Assembly: GCA_021739625.1 (NCBI GenBank)
Contig: JAIPBJ010000008.1
Location: forward strand, 734-64,733
Origin: Flavobacteriales bacterium
Lineage (GTDB): Bacteria > Bacteroidota > Bacteroidia > UBA10329
DNA length: 64,000 nucleotides
Direction: 5' to 3'
The notes beneath the pieces were generated by a model that was not told the DNA's origin, did no database searches, and saw only the letters and a program-made list of their open reading frames with translations. The position numbers and the translations under genes were made by a program. This document shows, piece by piece, positions 43,219 through 53,077 of this stretch. Numbering within the stretch: position 1 is the stretch's first letter; every line of letters begins with the position of its first letter.

Positions 43219-43809
43219 ATGAGACAGGCCATCATTTTTACCGCGATCGTATTCGCCATCACCCTCCATTTCGAAGCAAAGGCACAGGATAAGGCCTGGG
43301 ACAGATCCACCAAAGTGCTGTCCATTGGGATGGGTCTTGGCAACTACTATCACCTCGATAATCGTTATGGGCCAAATCTTGGAAGCAGGGGACGTTATCA
43401 CACACCCTATTCTGGCCAGTTCAACCTTCAGATGGAATGGGCGATACATAACTACGTGGGCCTTGGCTTCACCACCGGATTCGGAGGCACAGGCCCGTTG
43501 AGTTATGGCTACAATGGCGAGATCAACATGCCCATCGGCTTTGTGGCCAATTTCCACTTCTATCAATTGATAGACGACAAGAATGGCAAGAATCTCCATG
43601 CCGACAAGCTGGACATCTATGGAGGCCTCAGTGTGGGCAGTGGCTTTGCCGTGGCATTCTATGACAATGAGTCCGCTCGCGTAGTGCCATTGGCATGGGG
43701 CGGCCTCCATGCAGGCGTACGCTGGTATTTCACACCGCGCGTGGCCCTCAATGCCGAGGCTGGTTTTGGAAAGAGCATCGTCAACGTTGGCTTCTCCTTC
43801 AAACTCTGA
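43219..43809 (+). CDS. Small outer-membrane beta-barrel protein
   Basis: The signal peptide is MRQAIIFTAIVFAITLHFEAKAQ. The body has alternating beta-strand patterns and ends in a C-terminal Phe-type motif (VGFSFKL). Confidence 0.65.
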   Translation: MRQAIIFTAIVFAITLHFEAKAQDKAWDRSTKVLSIGMGLGNYYHLDNRYGPNLGSRGRYHTPYSGQFNLQMEWAIHNYVGLGFTTGFGGTGPLSYGYNGEINMPIGFVANFHFYQLIDDKNGKNLHADKLDIYGGLSVGSGFAVAFYDNESARVVPLAWGGLHAGVRWYFTPRVALNAEAGFGKSIVNVGFSFKL

Positions 43810-43832
43810 ACGTAGAAGCACCATCAATAAAG

Positions 43833-43868
43833 GGGACGTTCGGCTTCGGCCGGGCGTCCCTTTTCCTT
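43833..43868 (+). terminator. Strong intrinsic terminator (about 14-bp stem, TTCG loop, T-tract)
   Basis: The hairpin is GGGACGTTCGGC-TTCG-GCCGGGCGTCCC, followed by TTTTCCTTTG. Confidence 0.8.
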
Positions 43869-43968
43869 TGAGAGGGTCACGGCCCGTTTCCCTTTTCGGC
43901 AATTTCAGTTTCCCGCGCGCTCAACGATTTCGGTCAGAATCCTACCTTTCGCTTCGCAAATCCACCAG

Positions 43969-45543
43969 ATGATGAAAAATACGCTCCTATTCCTTGTGCT
44001 TGCAGCGACCGCCACCGCTCAGAATCTTCCACCTGCCGTCAGCATCACTGATGTGAGTGTGGACGAGGTGGCGCAACAGCTCACCTTCACCTATCAGCTC
44101 ACCGATTTCGAGAACGACCCCTGCGAGGTATGGCTCAAATTCTCGACCGATGGGGGAGAGTTCTTTGCCTTGGCCGCCCCGACCGACCTGACAGCCGATG
44201 CCGGCACCAACATCTTGCCAGGTGCCAAGACCCTTGTCTGGGACTATTCGGCCCATGCCGATGGCATCTTTGGCACACGCATCCGCATTGTGGCATCTGA
44301 TGGGCACAGCGCGGGCATTGCCAGCATGGTCTCTCAAGTGAGCGAGGCGGGCCTCCTTGCCAGTCTGGAGACCGTCAATGGCATCAGACACTACAATGCG
44401 GCCCCACAGCGTTTGGAGGAGGTGCGGTCACATATCGAGACCCAGTTCGCTGCTGCCGGTCTTCAGAGCGAACGTCATGCGTTCACTTATGCCAACACGG
44501 GAATGGGAAACATCATTGGCCGGCTGGCAGGTCTGAAGGATGAGGCGGTCACCTATATCATCGATGCTCACTTCGATGGTGTGTCGAACGGCCCTGCAGC
44601 GGATGACAACGGTTCGGGAGTGGCCGGTGTGCTTGAGGCCCTTCGCATCCTTTCGCAGTACGATTTTGAGCATTCCATCAGATTCATCGGATTCGATGCC
44701 GAGGAGCTGGGGCTGATCGGCTCTCAACGTTATGTGCAGAACGGCATCAAGCCATACGAGGATCTGCAGGGAGTGCTCAACTTCGAGATGATCGGTTTCT
44801 ATTCCGATGAGCCCAACAGCCAGATGCTTCCTGCCGGTTTCGATCAACTTTTCCCGCAGGCCGCCCAACAGGTGGCCGATAACGAGTATCGTGGCGATTT
44901 CCTCACAGTGGTTGGCAACACGGCCTCCAACCCGCTCACCACGGCATTTGTTGATGCTTCGACCCAATATGTGCCAGACCTGAGCCTGGTGGTGGCCGAA
45001 GTGCCGGGCACGGGGACGATCGCCCCAGACCTGCGCAGGAGCGACCATGCCCGCTTCTGGGATGCCGGCAAGAAGGCCCTTATGCTGACGGACGCGTCCG
45101 AGTTCCGCAATTACAACTATCACACCCCGGGCGACAGCATCGGAACCCTCAACTTCACGTTCATGGCCAATGTGGTGAAGGCGACTCTCGCCACCGCTGC
45201 ACAATTGGCCGTGCCCATCAGTGCGGGCCATGACGACTTCGACCTTTCCATTCTGTCTGTGGATGACGATGGCCACTCCCATGGTTTCCCTGCGGAGGTG
45301 CGCATCTACCCCAATCCCACAGGTGGCCTGCTATCGCTTGAGACAGGATCGGTCCACGCTTTCCGCACCCGTGCCGAGGTGTATGACCTCAGCGGGAGAC
45401 AACTGCTCAGAAAGGTCATGGAGTTTGGCAACGGAAGCAGTGTGGCCGTGTTGGATGTGAGCGACCTTGCCAATGGCAGTTACATGCTGGTGCTCGATTC
45501 TGGCGAAGGGTCGGTGTCGCGCAGCTTCGTGGTAGAACACTGA
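43969..45543 (+). CDS. M28-family metallopeptidase with a T9SS C-terminal sorting domain
   Basis: The protein has a signal peptide, the motifs DAHFDGV...ADDNGSGVAGVLE...GFDAEELGLIGS, and a C-terminal ...GSYMLVLDSGEGSVSRSFVVEH. Confidence 0.85.
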   Translation: MMKNTLLFLVLAATATAQNLPPAVSITDVSVDEVAQQLTFTYQLTDFENDPCEVWLKFSTDGGEFFALAAPTDLTADAGTNILPGAKTLVWDYSAHADGIFGTRIRIVASDGHSAGIASMVSQVSEAGLLASLETVNGIRHYNAAPQRLEEVRSHIETQFAAAGLQSERHAFTYANTGMGNIIGRLAGLKDEAVTYIIDAHFDGVSNGPAADDNGSGVAGVLEALRILSQYDFEHSIRFIGFDAEELGLIGSQRYVQNGIKPYEDLQGVLNFEMIGFYSDEPNSQMLPAGFDQLFPQAAQQVADNEYRGDFLTVVGNTASNPLTTAFVDASTQYVPDLSLVVAEVPGTGTIAPDLRRSDHARFWDAGKKALMLTDASEFRNYNYHTPGDSIGTLNFTFMANVVKATLATAAQLAVPISAGHDDFDLSILSVDDDGHSHGFPAEVRIYPNPTGGLLSLETGSVHAFRTRAEVYDLSGRQLLRKVMEFGNGSSVAVLDVSDLANGSYMLVLDSGEGSVSRSFVVEH

Positions 45544-45565
45544 GAACCATCCCGGTGAAAACAGG

Positions 45566-45599
45566 AACGGCCACGAGGGATCTTCCTCGCGGCCGTTCT
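45566..45599. terminator. Bidirectional hairpin between the convergent peptidase and mscL genes
   Basis: The stem is GAACGGCCACGAGG / CCTCGCGGCCGTTC, 14 bp with one mismatch. Confidence 0.55.
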
Positions 45600-45617
45600 G
45601 CTTCAATAGACTTCCGA

Positions 45618-46040
45618 TCACTTCCTCAGCGCGTCCCTGATCTCCATCAGCAGCTCCTGATCCTTGGTAGGTGGGGCCGGGGCGGCCGGTGCTGCGGGCG
45701 CCTCCTCCTTCTTTTTCTGAAGGCTGTTGATGCCCTTGATGAGCAGGAAGATGCAGAAGGCCACGATGGTGAAGTCGAACACCGTTTGAATGAAACTGCC
45801 GTAGGCAATGGCCACTTCGGCAACGGCCGCCCCTGCATCGTCCACACCGGCATCCTTGATCACGAGTTTGAGGTCTTTGAAATCGACCCCGCCAATGGCC
45901 AATCCGATGGGCGGCATAATGATGTCGTTGACCACAGAACTCACCACCTTGCCGAATGCACCACCGATAATGACACCCACGGCCAGATCGATCACATTGC
46001 CACGCATGGCAAAATCCTTGAATTCTTTGATCATGCTCAT
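45618..46040 (-). CDS. mscL: Large-conductance mechanosensitive channel
   Basis: The sequence is [46 protein letters not shown]. Confidence 0.95.
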   Translation of the reverse strand: MSMIKEFKDFAMRGNVIDLAVGVIIGGAFGKVVSSVVNDIIMPPIGLAIGGVDFKDLKLVIKDAGVDDAGAAVAEVAIAYGSFIQTVFDFTIVAFCIFLLIKGINSLQKKKEEAPAAPAAPAPPTKDQELLMEIRDALRK

Positions 46041-46150
46041 GTTTTCTGTGTTTTGGTTCCCAACAAATTTAGAGGACGTCCCGAAGAGCAGCCCACTGAC
46101 AGGTCAGAGATTTATCAACTATCCTTGCACACGTACTCAGACCATTGGAC

Positions 46151-47338
46151 ATGAAAGAGAAGCTACTCTCCGCCTTCGGATTCCCACCTCCTGCCATCCT
46201 CAACAGGGTCAATGCTCCCTACACAGAAACGATGGGGCTTCGGGACGACAATATGCTGCTGGTGGATGCGCGCCATGTGAAGGACGAAGAAGGGCTGAAG
46301 GCCGTCTATGGTCAATTGAAAGATGGCGCGACCAGTGTGCGGCCCACGGGCAAAGTGGTGTTGATCGCGCTCGACCCCAAGGCCGTGACCGAGGTGAGGA
46401 CGAAGTCTTTCCAACGCGCCATTGAAGGTGTGATGCGTTCTTTGGCCAAGGAACTGGGAGGCAAAGGCTCCACGGTGAACCTGTTGCGCGTGCCTGGCGA
46501 TGCAGCCCTTGAGCAGTTGGCACTGCCGTTGCATTTCTTCGGTTCCGGTCGGTCGGCATTCATCACAGGGCAGGCATTGACGGTCGGCCCGACATTGGCC
46601 GCAGGCGACCTCAAGGACAAGGTATGCGTGGTAACAGGCGGTGCAGGTGGCATCGGTTCGGCCACGGTGAAACGGCTTGAGGCCGAGGGCTGCAAGGTCA
46701 TCATTGCAGATATGCCTCAGATGGCCGAAAAGGCGAAGGCGTTGGAATCTGCCAACGTGAAGTTCTTCGCAGGCGACCTTACCAAGGAGCAGGATGCCGA
46801 TGCCCTGTTGGCATTCATCAAAGAAATCTACGGCAGGCTAGACGTGTTGGTGAACAATGCCGGCATTACCCGCGACAAGACCTTGAAGAATATGCCCGAG
46901 CATTTCTGGGATCAGGTCATCGCCATCAACCTCACTGCCGTGATGCAGCTCACCGAAAAGGCGTTGGTAAAGGGTCTCTTGCCCGACAGAGGACGCATCA
47001 TCAACACCTCCTCCATCAGTGGCATAGCGGGCAACTTCGGGCAGACCAACTACACCGCCACCAAGGCCGCGCTCATCGCATTCGGTGAAGGGCTGGGGGC
47101 CGATCTGAAGGAAAGGGGCATTACTGTGAATGCCATCGCTCCTGGATTCATTGCCACCGACATGGTCAAGACCATGCCCTTCATGACCCGCCTTTTTGCC
47201 GAACGGCTCACATCACTCGCACAGGCCGGAAAGCCCACGGATATTGCAGAGGCCGTTGCATTTCTGGCCCATCCGGCCGCGCAGGGAATAACTGGACAGG
47301 TGCTGCGTGTGTGCGGGGGCAGCTTCCTGGGGGCCTGA
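46151..47338 (+). CDS. Two-domain SDR, FabG4-like 3-oxoacyl-ACP reductase
   Basis: The C-terminal SDR domain carries VTGGAGGIGSA, NNAG and Y..TK motifs. The N-terminal ~150 aa form a degenerate Rossmann-like domain. I preferred the ATG at 46151 over the TTG at 46145. Confidence 0.75.
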   Translation: MKEKLLSAFGFPPPAILNRVNAPYTETMGLRDDNMLLVDARHVKDEEGLKAVYGQLKDGATSVRPTGKVVLIALDPKAVTEVRTKSFQRAIEGVMRSLAKELGGKGSTVNLLRVPGDAALEQLALPLHFFGSGRSAFITGQALTVGPTLAAGDLKDKVCVVTGGAGGIGSATVKRLEAEGCKVIIADMPQMAEKAKALESANVKFFAGDLTKEQDADALLAFIKEIYGRLDVLVNNAGITRDKTLKNMPEHFWDQVIAINLTAVMQLTEKALVKGLLPDRGRIINTSSISGIAGNFGQTNYTATKAALIAFGEGLGADLKERGITVNAIAPGFIATDMVKTMPFMTRLFAERLTSLAQAGKPTDIAEAVAFLAHPAAQGITGQVLRVCGGSFLGA

Positions 47339-47415
47339 ATCCACTTTGCGATAGAAGCGACATCGCCCCTCTATCTATTCTCCTACATTTCGGCCCTCAC
47401 TCACCACATTCACCC

Positions 47416-49656
47416 ATGAAAAATTTCCAACTCACCGTTCTCTTCTCCTTGCTATGGACGCTGTCATTCGGCCAGTCGCAGTTGCCGTTCAGCTTCAACC
47501 GCGATGTTCTGTCCCAGGAGGTTCCCATTCAGACCATGCCCGCAGTGGACGTGCAGTCCCTGATGGCCGAGGACGAGATTGACAACGCTCTCAAGGTCGG
47601 CCCCTACCGTTTCGGTCACAATATGGAGGTGAACGTGAACGCTCAGTCTGATGGCCTCTGGGAAGAACTGAAAGACGGATCGCGTGTTTGGCGGATGGGT
47701 TTCCGTTGTGCCGATGCCTTCTCCGTCAACTTCATCTTCAGTGATTTCTATCTGCCTTTCGGAGCGAAATTCCACATCTATAACGAAGGAGGCGAGACCA
47801 TCTATGGCCCATTCACCTATAGCGATAATCGCGAGGACAATGGCTTTGCCACTTTCCCCGTTCCCGGTGAACTGGTCTTCTTAGAGCTCTATGAGCCGGT
47901 GATGGCCATCGGTCAATCGCGCATTGTTGTGGAAACGGTGACACACGGCTATCGCGACATTTTCAGGCTGTCTGAATCGCGCGGAGGTGGCAGCGGTGCC
48001 TGCAACAACAATATCAATTGCCCGGAGGGCGCCAACTGGCAGGATCACAAAAGGTCGGTGGCCATCATGGTGAGCGGGGGATCGGGTTTCTGCACCGGGG
48101 CCATGGTCAACAACACTGCTCAGGACGGAACTCCCTATTTTCTGTCGGCCAACCATTGCATGGGGGGCGGCACCAACAACTGGGTCTTCAAGTTCGATTA
48201 TGAGCGCACGGGATGTGCGAACACTGGTGGGCCGAACCTCTCTGGCGGCAATTTCACACAGGGTGCGACCATCCGTGCCAGCAATGCAGGTTCGGACTTT
48301 GCCCTGCTCCAGCTCAACAGCACTCCACCCGCTGGCCACAATGTCTATTACTCCGGTTGGGACCGCTCGGGAGTCACGCCCAGCAATCAGATAGGAATCC
48401 ACCATCCCTCGGGCGATTACAAGAAGATCTCCTTCGACAACAACCCTGCTACTCAGGTTGCGGATTGGGGCGGTGCGGCATGTTGGCACATCGGCAACTG
48501 GGAGGACGGCACCACCGAACCGGGTTCTTCCGGCTCACCCCTGTTCGACCAGAATCAGCGCATCATAGGCCAGTTGTATGGAGGCTCGGCAAACTGTAGC
48601 AACAACGTGGACGACTACTACGGCCGATTCAATGTGAGCTGGGACGGGAGTAGCTCCAGCACCCGCCTGCGCGATTGGCTCGACCCTACCAACAGTGGTG
48701 TCGCCACTTTGGACGGCTACGACCCCAATGCCTCCACCGTGGCCTTGGATGCTGCGGTTCAGAACATAGGTGGTGTGGCCTCGGGCGCCACCTTGTGTAC
48801 CAGCGTGGTCACCCCTACAGTCACGCTGCTCAACCGGGGCACGAGCGCCCTCACATCGGCCACCATCACCTGGACAGTGAATGGAACGGCACAGACACCT
48901 GTGAACTGGACAGGCTCTCTGGCCTACAACCAGAGCGCTGTCGTCAATCTTCCGCAACTGACCCTTCCGGCCGGTTCCAACACCATCGCCTTCACCGTCA
49001 CATCACCCAATGGCGGGGCAGATCAGAATGCTGCCAACAACTTGGTCGCTGTGACCTTCAACGTGGTGAATGGGGCTGAGATGAGTGTGGTGATAATGAC
49101 CGACAACTATCCTGAAGAGACCTCTTGGGAGATCCGCAACCAGTCCAATGTGGTGGTGGCCAGCGGCTCGGGCTATGACAACAGCGTTGCGACATTGCTC
49201 ACCATACCCACCTGCCTGCCAGACGGATGCTACACCTTCACCATAATCGATGAATACGGAGATGGCATCTGCTGCCAGTATGGGCAAGGTCATTATGAGC
49301 TCCTGTCACCGGAGGGCACATCCATGGGCAACGGTGCCGAGTTCACCGCTCAGGAATCGCTGCAGTTCTGCCTGCCATTCAGCCCATCAGCGGTCAATGA
49401 AGGTCTGCTTGCCGGGACCATCAGCACCTATCCCAATCCGACCTTGGGTCTGCTGTCCATCGACCTGCCGATTGACCGGACATTCTCAGACATTGTCGTA
49501 ACTGACATCACGGGCCGCACAGTGCGCAAGATTCCCGTGACCCGGTCAGGACGCATGACCATCGACCTGGGGGGCCTTTCAGACGGAGTTTATCATCTCA
49601 CCTTCTTCACAGCCGAAAGCCGGGTGACGAAAAAGGTGGTGGTCATGCGGCCGTGA
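47416..49656 (+). CDS. Secreted S1-family (trypsin/lysyl-endopeptidase-like) serine protease with a T9SS C-terminal domain
   Basis: The signal peptide is MKNFQLTVLFSLLWTLSFGQ. The triad contexts are SANHC, DFALLQL and GSSGSPLF. Ig-like domains, a Cys-rich DEYGDGICC module and a T9SS tail follow. Confidence 0.8.
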   Translation: MKNFQLTVLFSLLWTLSFGQSQLPFSFNRDVLSQEVPIQTMPAVDVQSLMAEDEIDNALKVGPYRFGHNMEVNVNAQSDGLWEELKDGSRVWRMGFRCADAFSVNFIFSDFYLPFGAKFHIYNEGGETIYGPFTYSDNREDNGFATFPVPGELVFLELYEPVMAIGQSRIVVETVTHGYRDIFRLSESRGGGSGACNNNINCPEGANWQDHKRSVAIMVSGGSGFCTGAMVNNTAQDGTPYFLSANHCMGGGTNNWVFKFDYERTGCANTGGPNLSGGNFTQGATIRASNAGSDFALLQLNSTPPAGHNVYYSGWDRSGVTPSNQIGIHHPSGDYKKISFDNNPATQVADWGGAACWHIGNWEDGTTEPGSSGSPLFDQNQRIIGQLYGGSANCSNNVDDYYGRFNVSWDGSSSSTRLRDWLDPTNSGVATLDGYDPNASTVALDAAVQNIGGVASGATLCTSVVTPTVTLLNRGTSALTSATITWTVNGTAQTPVNWTGSLAYNQSAVVNLPQLTLPAGSNTIAFTVTSPNGGADQNAANNLVAVTFNVVNGAEMSVVIMTDNYPEETSWEIRNQSNVVVASGSGYDNSVATLLTIPTCLPDGCYTFTIIDEYGDGICCQYGQGHYELLSPEGTSMGNGAEFTAQESLQFCLPFSPSAVNEGLLAGTISTYPNPTLGLLSIDLPIDRTFSDIVVTDITGRTVRKIPVTRSGRMTIDLGGLSDGVYHLTFFTAESRVTKKVVVMRP

Positions 49657-49671
49657 TCAGCAGCTTGCGGT

Positions 49672-51957
49672 TCATTCCAGTCCTCTCTTGTTGAAGAGGA
49701 TGTATCCGATATGGAACAGGAACGACCAGGGTTGTTCCTGTTTCTGATAGTAATTGCCCGAAATGCTGACGGGGCCGAGCGGAGTGTGATAGACCAGGGC
49801 CGCAGTGGCCATGAGCTGCGGATCTATGCGGATGGGGTAGTAGGTCGCGGTCTGATCCTCATTTCTCCTATACTTCTCCCAAGCCGTGTAGGCGTAGGTC
49901 TCCAATCGGAAATCGAGATTCTTCCATACGAGCCAGATGCCCTTGAGGCCAACGGCACCATAGCGGTTGCTGCGATACTGGTCCAGAAAAAGTGTCTTGG
50001 ATTCGGGCGTGGGCTCAAAGGCCGAGGCCATCAGCAGGGTCGTCTGATAGTTTGAGAAGAAGTTCTGACTGCTCCATGAGGCCTCTGCGAACACGCCCAA
50101 CCGGAGTTTGGTCTCTCCAAAGAAATACTGGTCATAGCGGCCCTTTACGGTCACCCAGCCGCGATTGCGCTCAAACACCTCATCGGTGAGCGAGGTGGTG
50201 CCGGGCTGGTTGATCTCGCGCCCTGTGGTGTATCGGGCCTGCACCATGTACTCGCGGCCCTCAGTGGGATACAACTTGCGGTTCAGCGTGTTGCGTTCCA
50301 CCAGCAGGCGGAAAGTGGCCACATTCATCGTCTGTTCATCGGGCCTGTCACTCTCATTGGCTTCCGGGACGTGGAAATAGCTGTTGGATATGTTCGAGAA
50401 TCCAACGGAGGGCACTGCCTTTATCTTGCTGGTGATGGGAAGCCCGATGCTCACCTCGGTGCTGCGGTCGTTCATCACCAGGTAGGAGGGCTTGTTTACC
50501 TCAAAGAAGGTGGTGAAGGCATCAAAGTAGTTCCACTGATTGATGGTTCCCGTCACTTCCACGAAAAAAGGGACGATCCAGGGGAAATCTATCCGTCCGC
50601 GCAACTGCCCCGAAGTATAGAATTTGCCGATATGAGTATTGGCGTAGATGCCCAATGAGAACTGTCTGAAGAATTTGTAGCCCAGCCCGATATATGCCTG
50701 ATTGATGCTGCGTGATGAGATGTTGCCTCCGAACTGGGCGATGATATCGTTGTCAGGCCTCACTTCGAGATACAGGTCGAAATGGCCTGTTTCCCGATTG
50801 AAGAGCGCCCGTGGATAGATGCTCTTGATCATATCATCGGCAGCGAGCTTGTAGTATTCGCGTTTGACCTGATCGAATGAGATGAGGGCCTGCCGCTTGC
50901 GGAAACTGCGCTGCACATAGTCGGCCTGATCGGGTTTGAGTCCGCTGATGATGATGTTGTCGAATTCCAATGCGGGTTTGGCCGCATTGAAGGCTGCGCG
51001 TGTGCTGTCGCGTTCTGGACTGGGAACACGTCTGCGGATCATATCGGCCACCTCAGGCATCAGTTCCGTTGCGGTCTTGTAGCCACCGTCCAGCAGATCC
51101 CCATTCCTTGTGAAATCCATCACTGGCACGCTTGGTATCTTGGGTCTGATCACAATGCCGCAATCGCCCACTTCATCGTAGTCTGTGCGGTACATGAGCA
51201 GCGATTTGAGCTGCGATGCCAGGTCGTCCTGATCGGGCGCAGCGAGGTCGCTGGCCACCACACTGCCTATGATGATGTCGGGCGCGAAGTCCTTCTTCAC
51301 AATGTCTGACGGGAAATTGTTGTAGATGCCTCCATCGAACAGCAGCCGTCCCTTCACCTTGATGGGTTTCATATAAAGAGGATAGGTGAAGGATGCCCTT
51401 ACCGCCTGACAGATGTCTCCATCGCGGAAGATAACGGCCTGTTTGGCGGCCACATCGGCCGCCACGCATCTGAAAGGCACATAGAGGCTGTCGAAGTCAT
51501 AGCCAGCAAGCGCAATGGCCTGCGACATGAAATCGATGAGGCCTATGTCCATGGCATAAGGCGACACGATATTCACCGGCAGCGAAGTTCTCAGCCCACT
51601 GTCAAGCTCAAACCGCAGATTGACCCACGAGGGGTTGGCATCGTTCTTCTTGAAATAGTATTTGTAGTCTTCGCTGATGATGCCCTTGGCCATCTCATAG
51701 AACTCTTTGGAGCGGGCCAGCCGGTCCATCTCATCGGGACTCATGCCCACGGCATACAGGGCCGCCACCAATGCTCCCATGCTGGTGCCGGCCACATAGT
51801 CTATGGGGATCCCATTTTCTTCCAAAGCGCGCAGCACACCTATGTGCGCCAGACCGCTGCTGCCTCCACCGCTCATCACCACTCCCACTTTCTGGGCAGA
51901 TGCATGGAACATCAGAACAATGACGAGACCGAATGAAAGCAGGACATTTCGGAACAT
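49672..51957 (-). CDS. Patatin-like phospholipase with a C-terminal outer-membrane beta-barrel-like region
   Basis: The protein has the motifs GVVMSGGGSSGLAHIGVLRALEE and GTSMGALVA (GxSxG), and a long beta-rich C-terminal half. Confidence 0.85.
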   Translation of the reverse strand: MFRNVLLSFGLVIVLMFHASAQKVGVVMSGGGSSGLAHIGVLRALEENGIPIDYVAGTSMGALVAALYAVGMSPDEMDRLARSKEFYEMAKGIISEDYKYYFKKNDANPSWVNLRFELDSGLRTSLPVNIVSPYAMDIGLIDFMSQAIALAGYDFDSLYVPFRCVAADVAAKQAVIFRDGDICQAVRASFTYPLYMKPIKVKGRLLFDGGIYNNFPSDIVKKDFAPDIIIGSVVASDLAAPDQDDLASQLKSLLMYRTDYDEVGDCGIVIRPKIPSVPVMDFTRNGDLLDGGYKTATELMPEVADMIRRRVPSPERDSTRAAFNAAKPALEFDNIIISGLKPDQADYVQRSFRKRQALISFDQVKREYYKLAADDMIKSIYPRALFNRETGHFDLYLEVRPDNDIIAQFGGNISSRSINQAYIGLGYKFFRQFSLGIYANTHIGKFYTSGQLRGRIDFPWIVPFFVEVTGTINQWNYFDAFTTFFEVNKPSYLVMNDRSTEVSIGLPITSKIKAVPSVGFSNISNSYFHVPEANESDRPDEQTMNVATFRLLVERNTLNRKLYPTEGREYMVQARYTTGREINQPGTTSLTDEVFERNRGWVTVKGRYDQYFFGETKLRLGVFAEASWSSQNFFSNYQTTLLMASAFEPTPESKTLFLDQYRSNRYGAVGLKGIWLVWKNLDFRLETYAYTAWEKYRRNEDQTATYYPIRIDPQLMATAALVYHTPLGPVSISGNYYQKQEQPWSFLFHIGYILFNKRGLE

Positions 51958-52055
51958 GGCCCCGAAGTTACGGGATGCGCAGGGGCTGTGTGATACGGAA
52001 GTTGTCGTATTGTGAAAGGCAGGGGTTCGGCTCGCAAGACCCTTCCAGTTTGACT

Positions 52056-53072
52056 ATGTTTGAGCCGCATTCCTCACCAATAGGCCAGATCTTGTCCAAC
52101 ATTCTTGTAACCGGAGCGGCCGGATTCATCGGTTTTCACCTTTGCAGACGGCTACTTGCCGATGGGCATCGGGTTCTGGGCATTGACAACCTCAACAGTT
52201 ATTATGACCCGGCCCTCAAGCAACACCGGACTGAGCAATTGGAGCATCTGCCCGGATTCCGATTCCATAGGCAGGACATTTTTGACCGCGATGGCCTGAT
52301 GTCCCTCTTTGCAGATGAGCGGCCCGATGTGGTGGTGAATCTTGCAGCGCAGGCAGGTGTCCGCTATTCCATCAGCGATCCCCACAGCTACGCAGACAGC
52401 AACCTGACAGGGTTTCTCAATGTGCTGGAGGCATGTCGCAGGCAGAATGTCGGTCATCTGGTCTATGCCTCGTCCAGTTCGGTCTATGGTGCCAATGCCA
52501 AGGCGCCATTCTCGGTCACTGATGCTGTGGACAGGCCCCTTAGCCTTTATGCGGCCACCAAGCGTGCCAACGAGCTGATGGCCTACACATATTCCCACCT
52601 CTATGGTCTTCCGGTCACAGGTCTTCGGCTCTTTACGGTCTATGGCCCTTGGGGAAGACCCGATATGGCCTATTTCTCGTTCACCCGCGACATTCTGGAA
52701 GGTCGGCCCATCAATCTTCACAATAATGGGCAGATGCTGCGCGACTTCACATACGTTGAAGATATTGTGACCGGTATCTCTCTGCTGATAGGTCTTGTGC
52801 CTCATCCAACGGATGCCGACCCTGTGGCCTACAGACTATACAACATCGGGAGTGATGCTCCTACTTCGCTCCTCCAATTTGTCGCTACATTGGAGGATGT
52901 CCTTGGAAAAAAGGCCATTCGCAATCTGCTTCCGATGCAGCCCGGTGATGTGCCCGCCACCCACGCTGATATCAGTGAACTTGTCCGCGACACGGGATTC
53001 AGACCTGCCTATCCGCTCCGTCAGGGCCTGACCGAGTTCGTGACCTGGTACCGCGATTATTATCACATCTGA
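52056..53072 (+). CDS. NAD-dependent epimerase/dehydratase (UDP-glucuronate 4-epimerase-like)
   Basis: The protein has the motifs VTGAAGFIGFHL, YASSSSVYG and YAATKRANE. The start is the internal ATG at 52056. Confidence 0.85.
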   Translation: MFEPHSSPIGQILSNILVTGAAGFIGFHLCRRLLADGHRVLGIDNLNSYYDPALKQHRTEQLEHLPGFRFHRQDIFDRDGLMSLFADERPDVVVNLAAQAGVRYSISDPHSYADSNLTGFLNVLEACRRQNVGHLVYASSSSVYGANAKAPFSVTDAVDRPLSLYAATKRANELMAYTYSHLYGLPVTGLRLFTVYGPWGRPDMAYFSFTRDILEGRPINLHNNGQMLRDFTYVEDIVTGISLLIGLVPHPTDADPVAYRLYNIGSDAPTSLLQFVATLEDVLGKKAIRNLLPMQPGDVPATHADISELVRDTGFRPAYPLRQGLTEFVTWYRDYYHI

Positions 53073-53077
53073 ACGCC

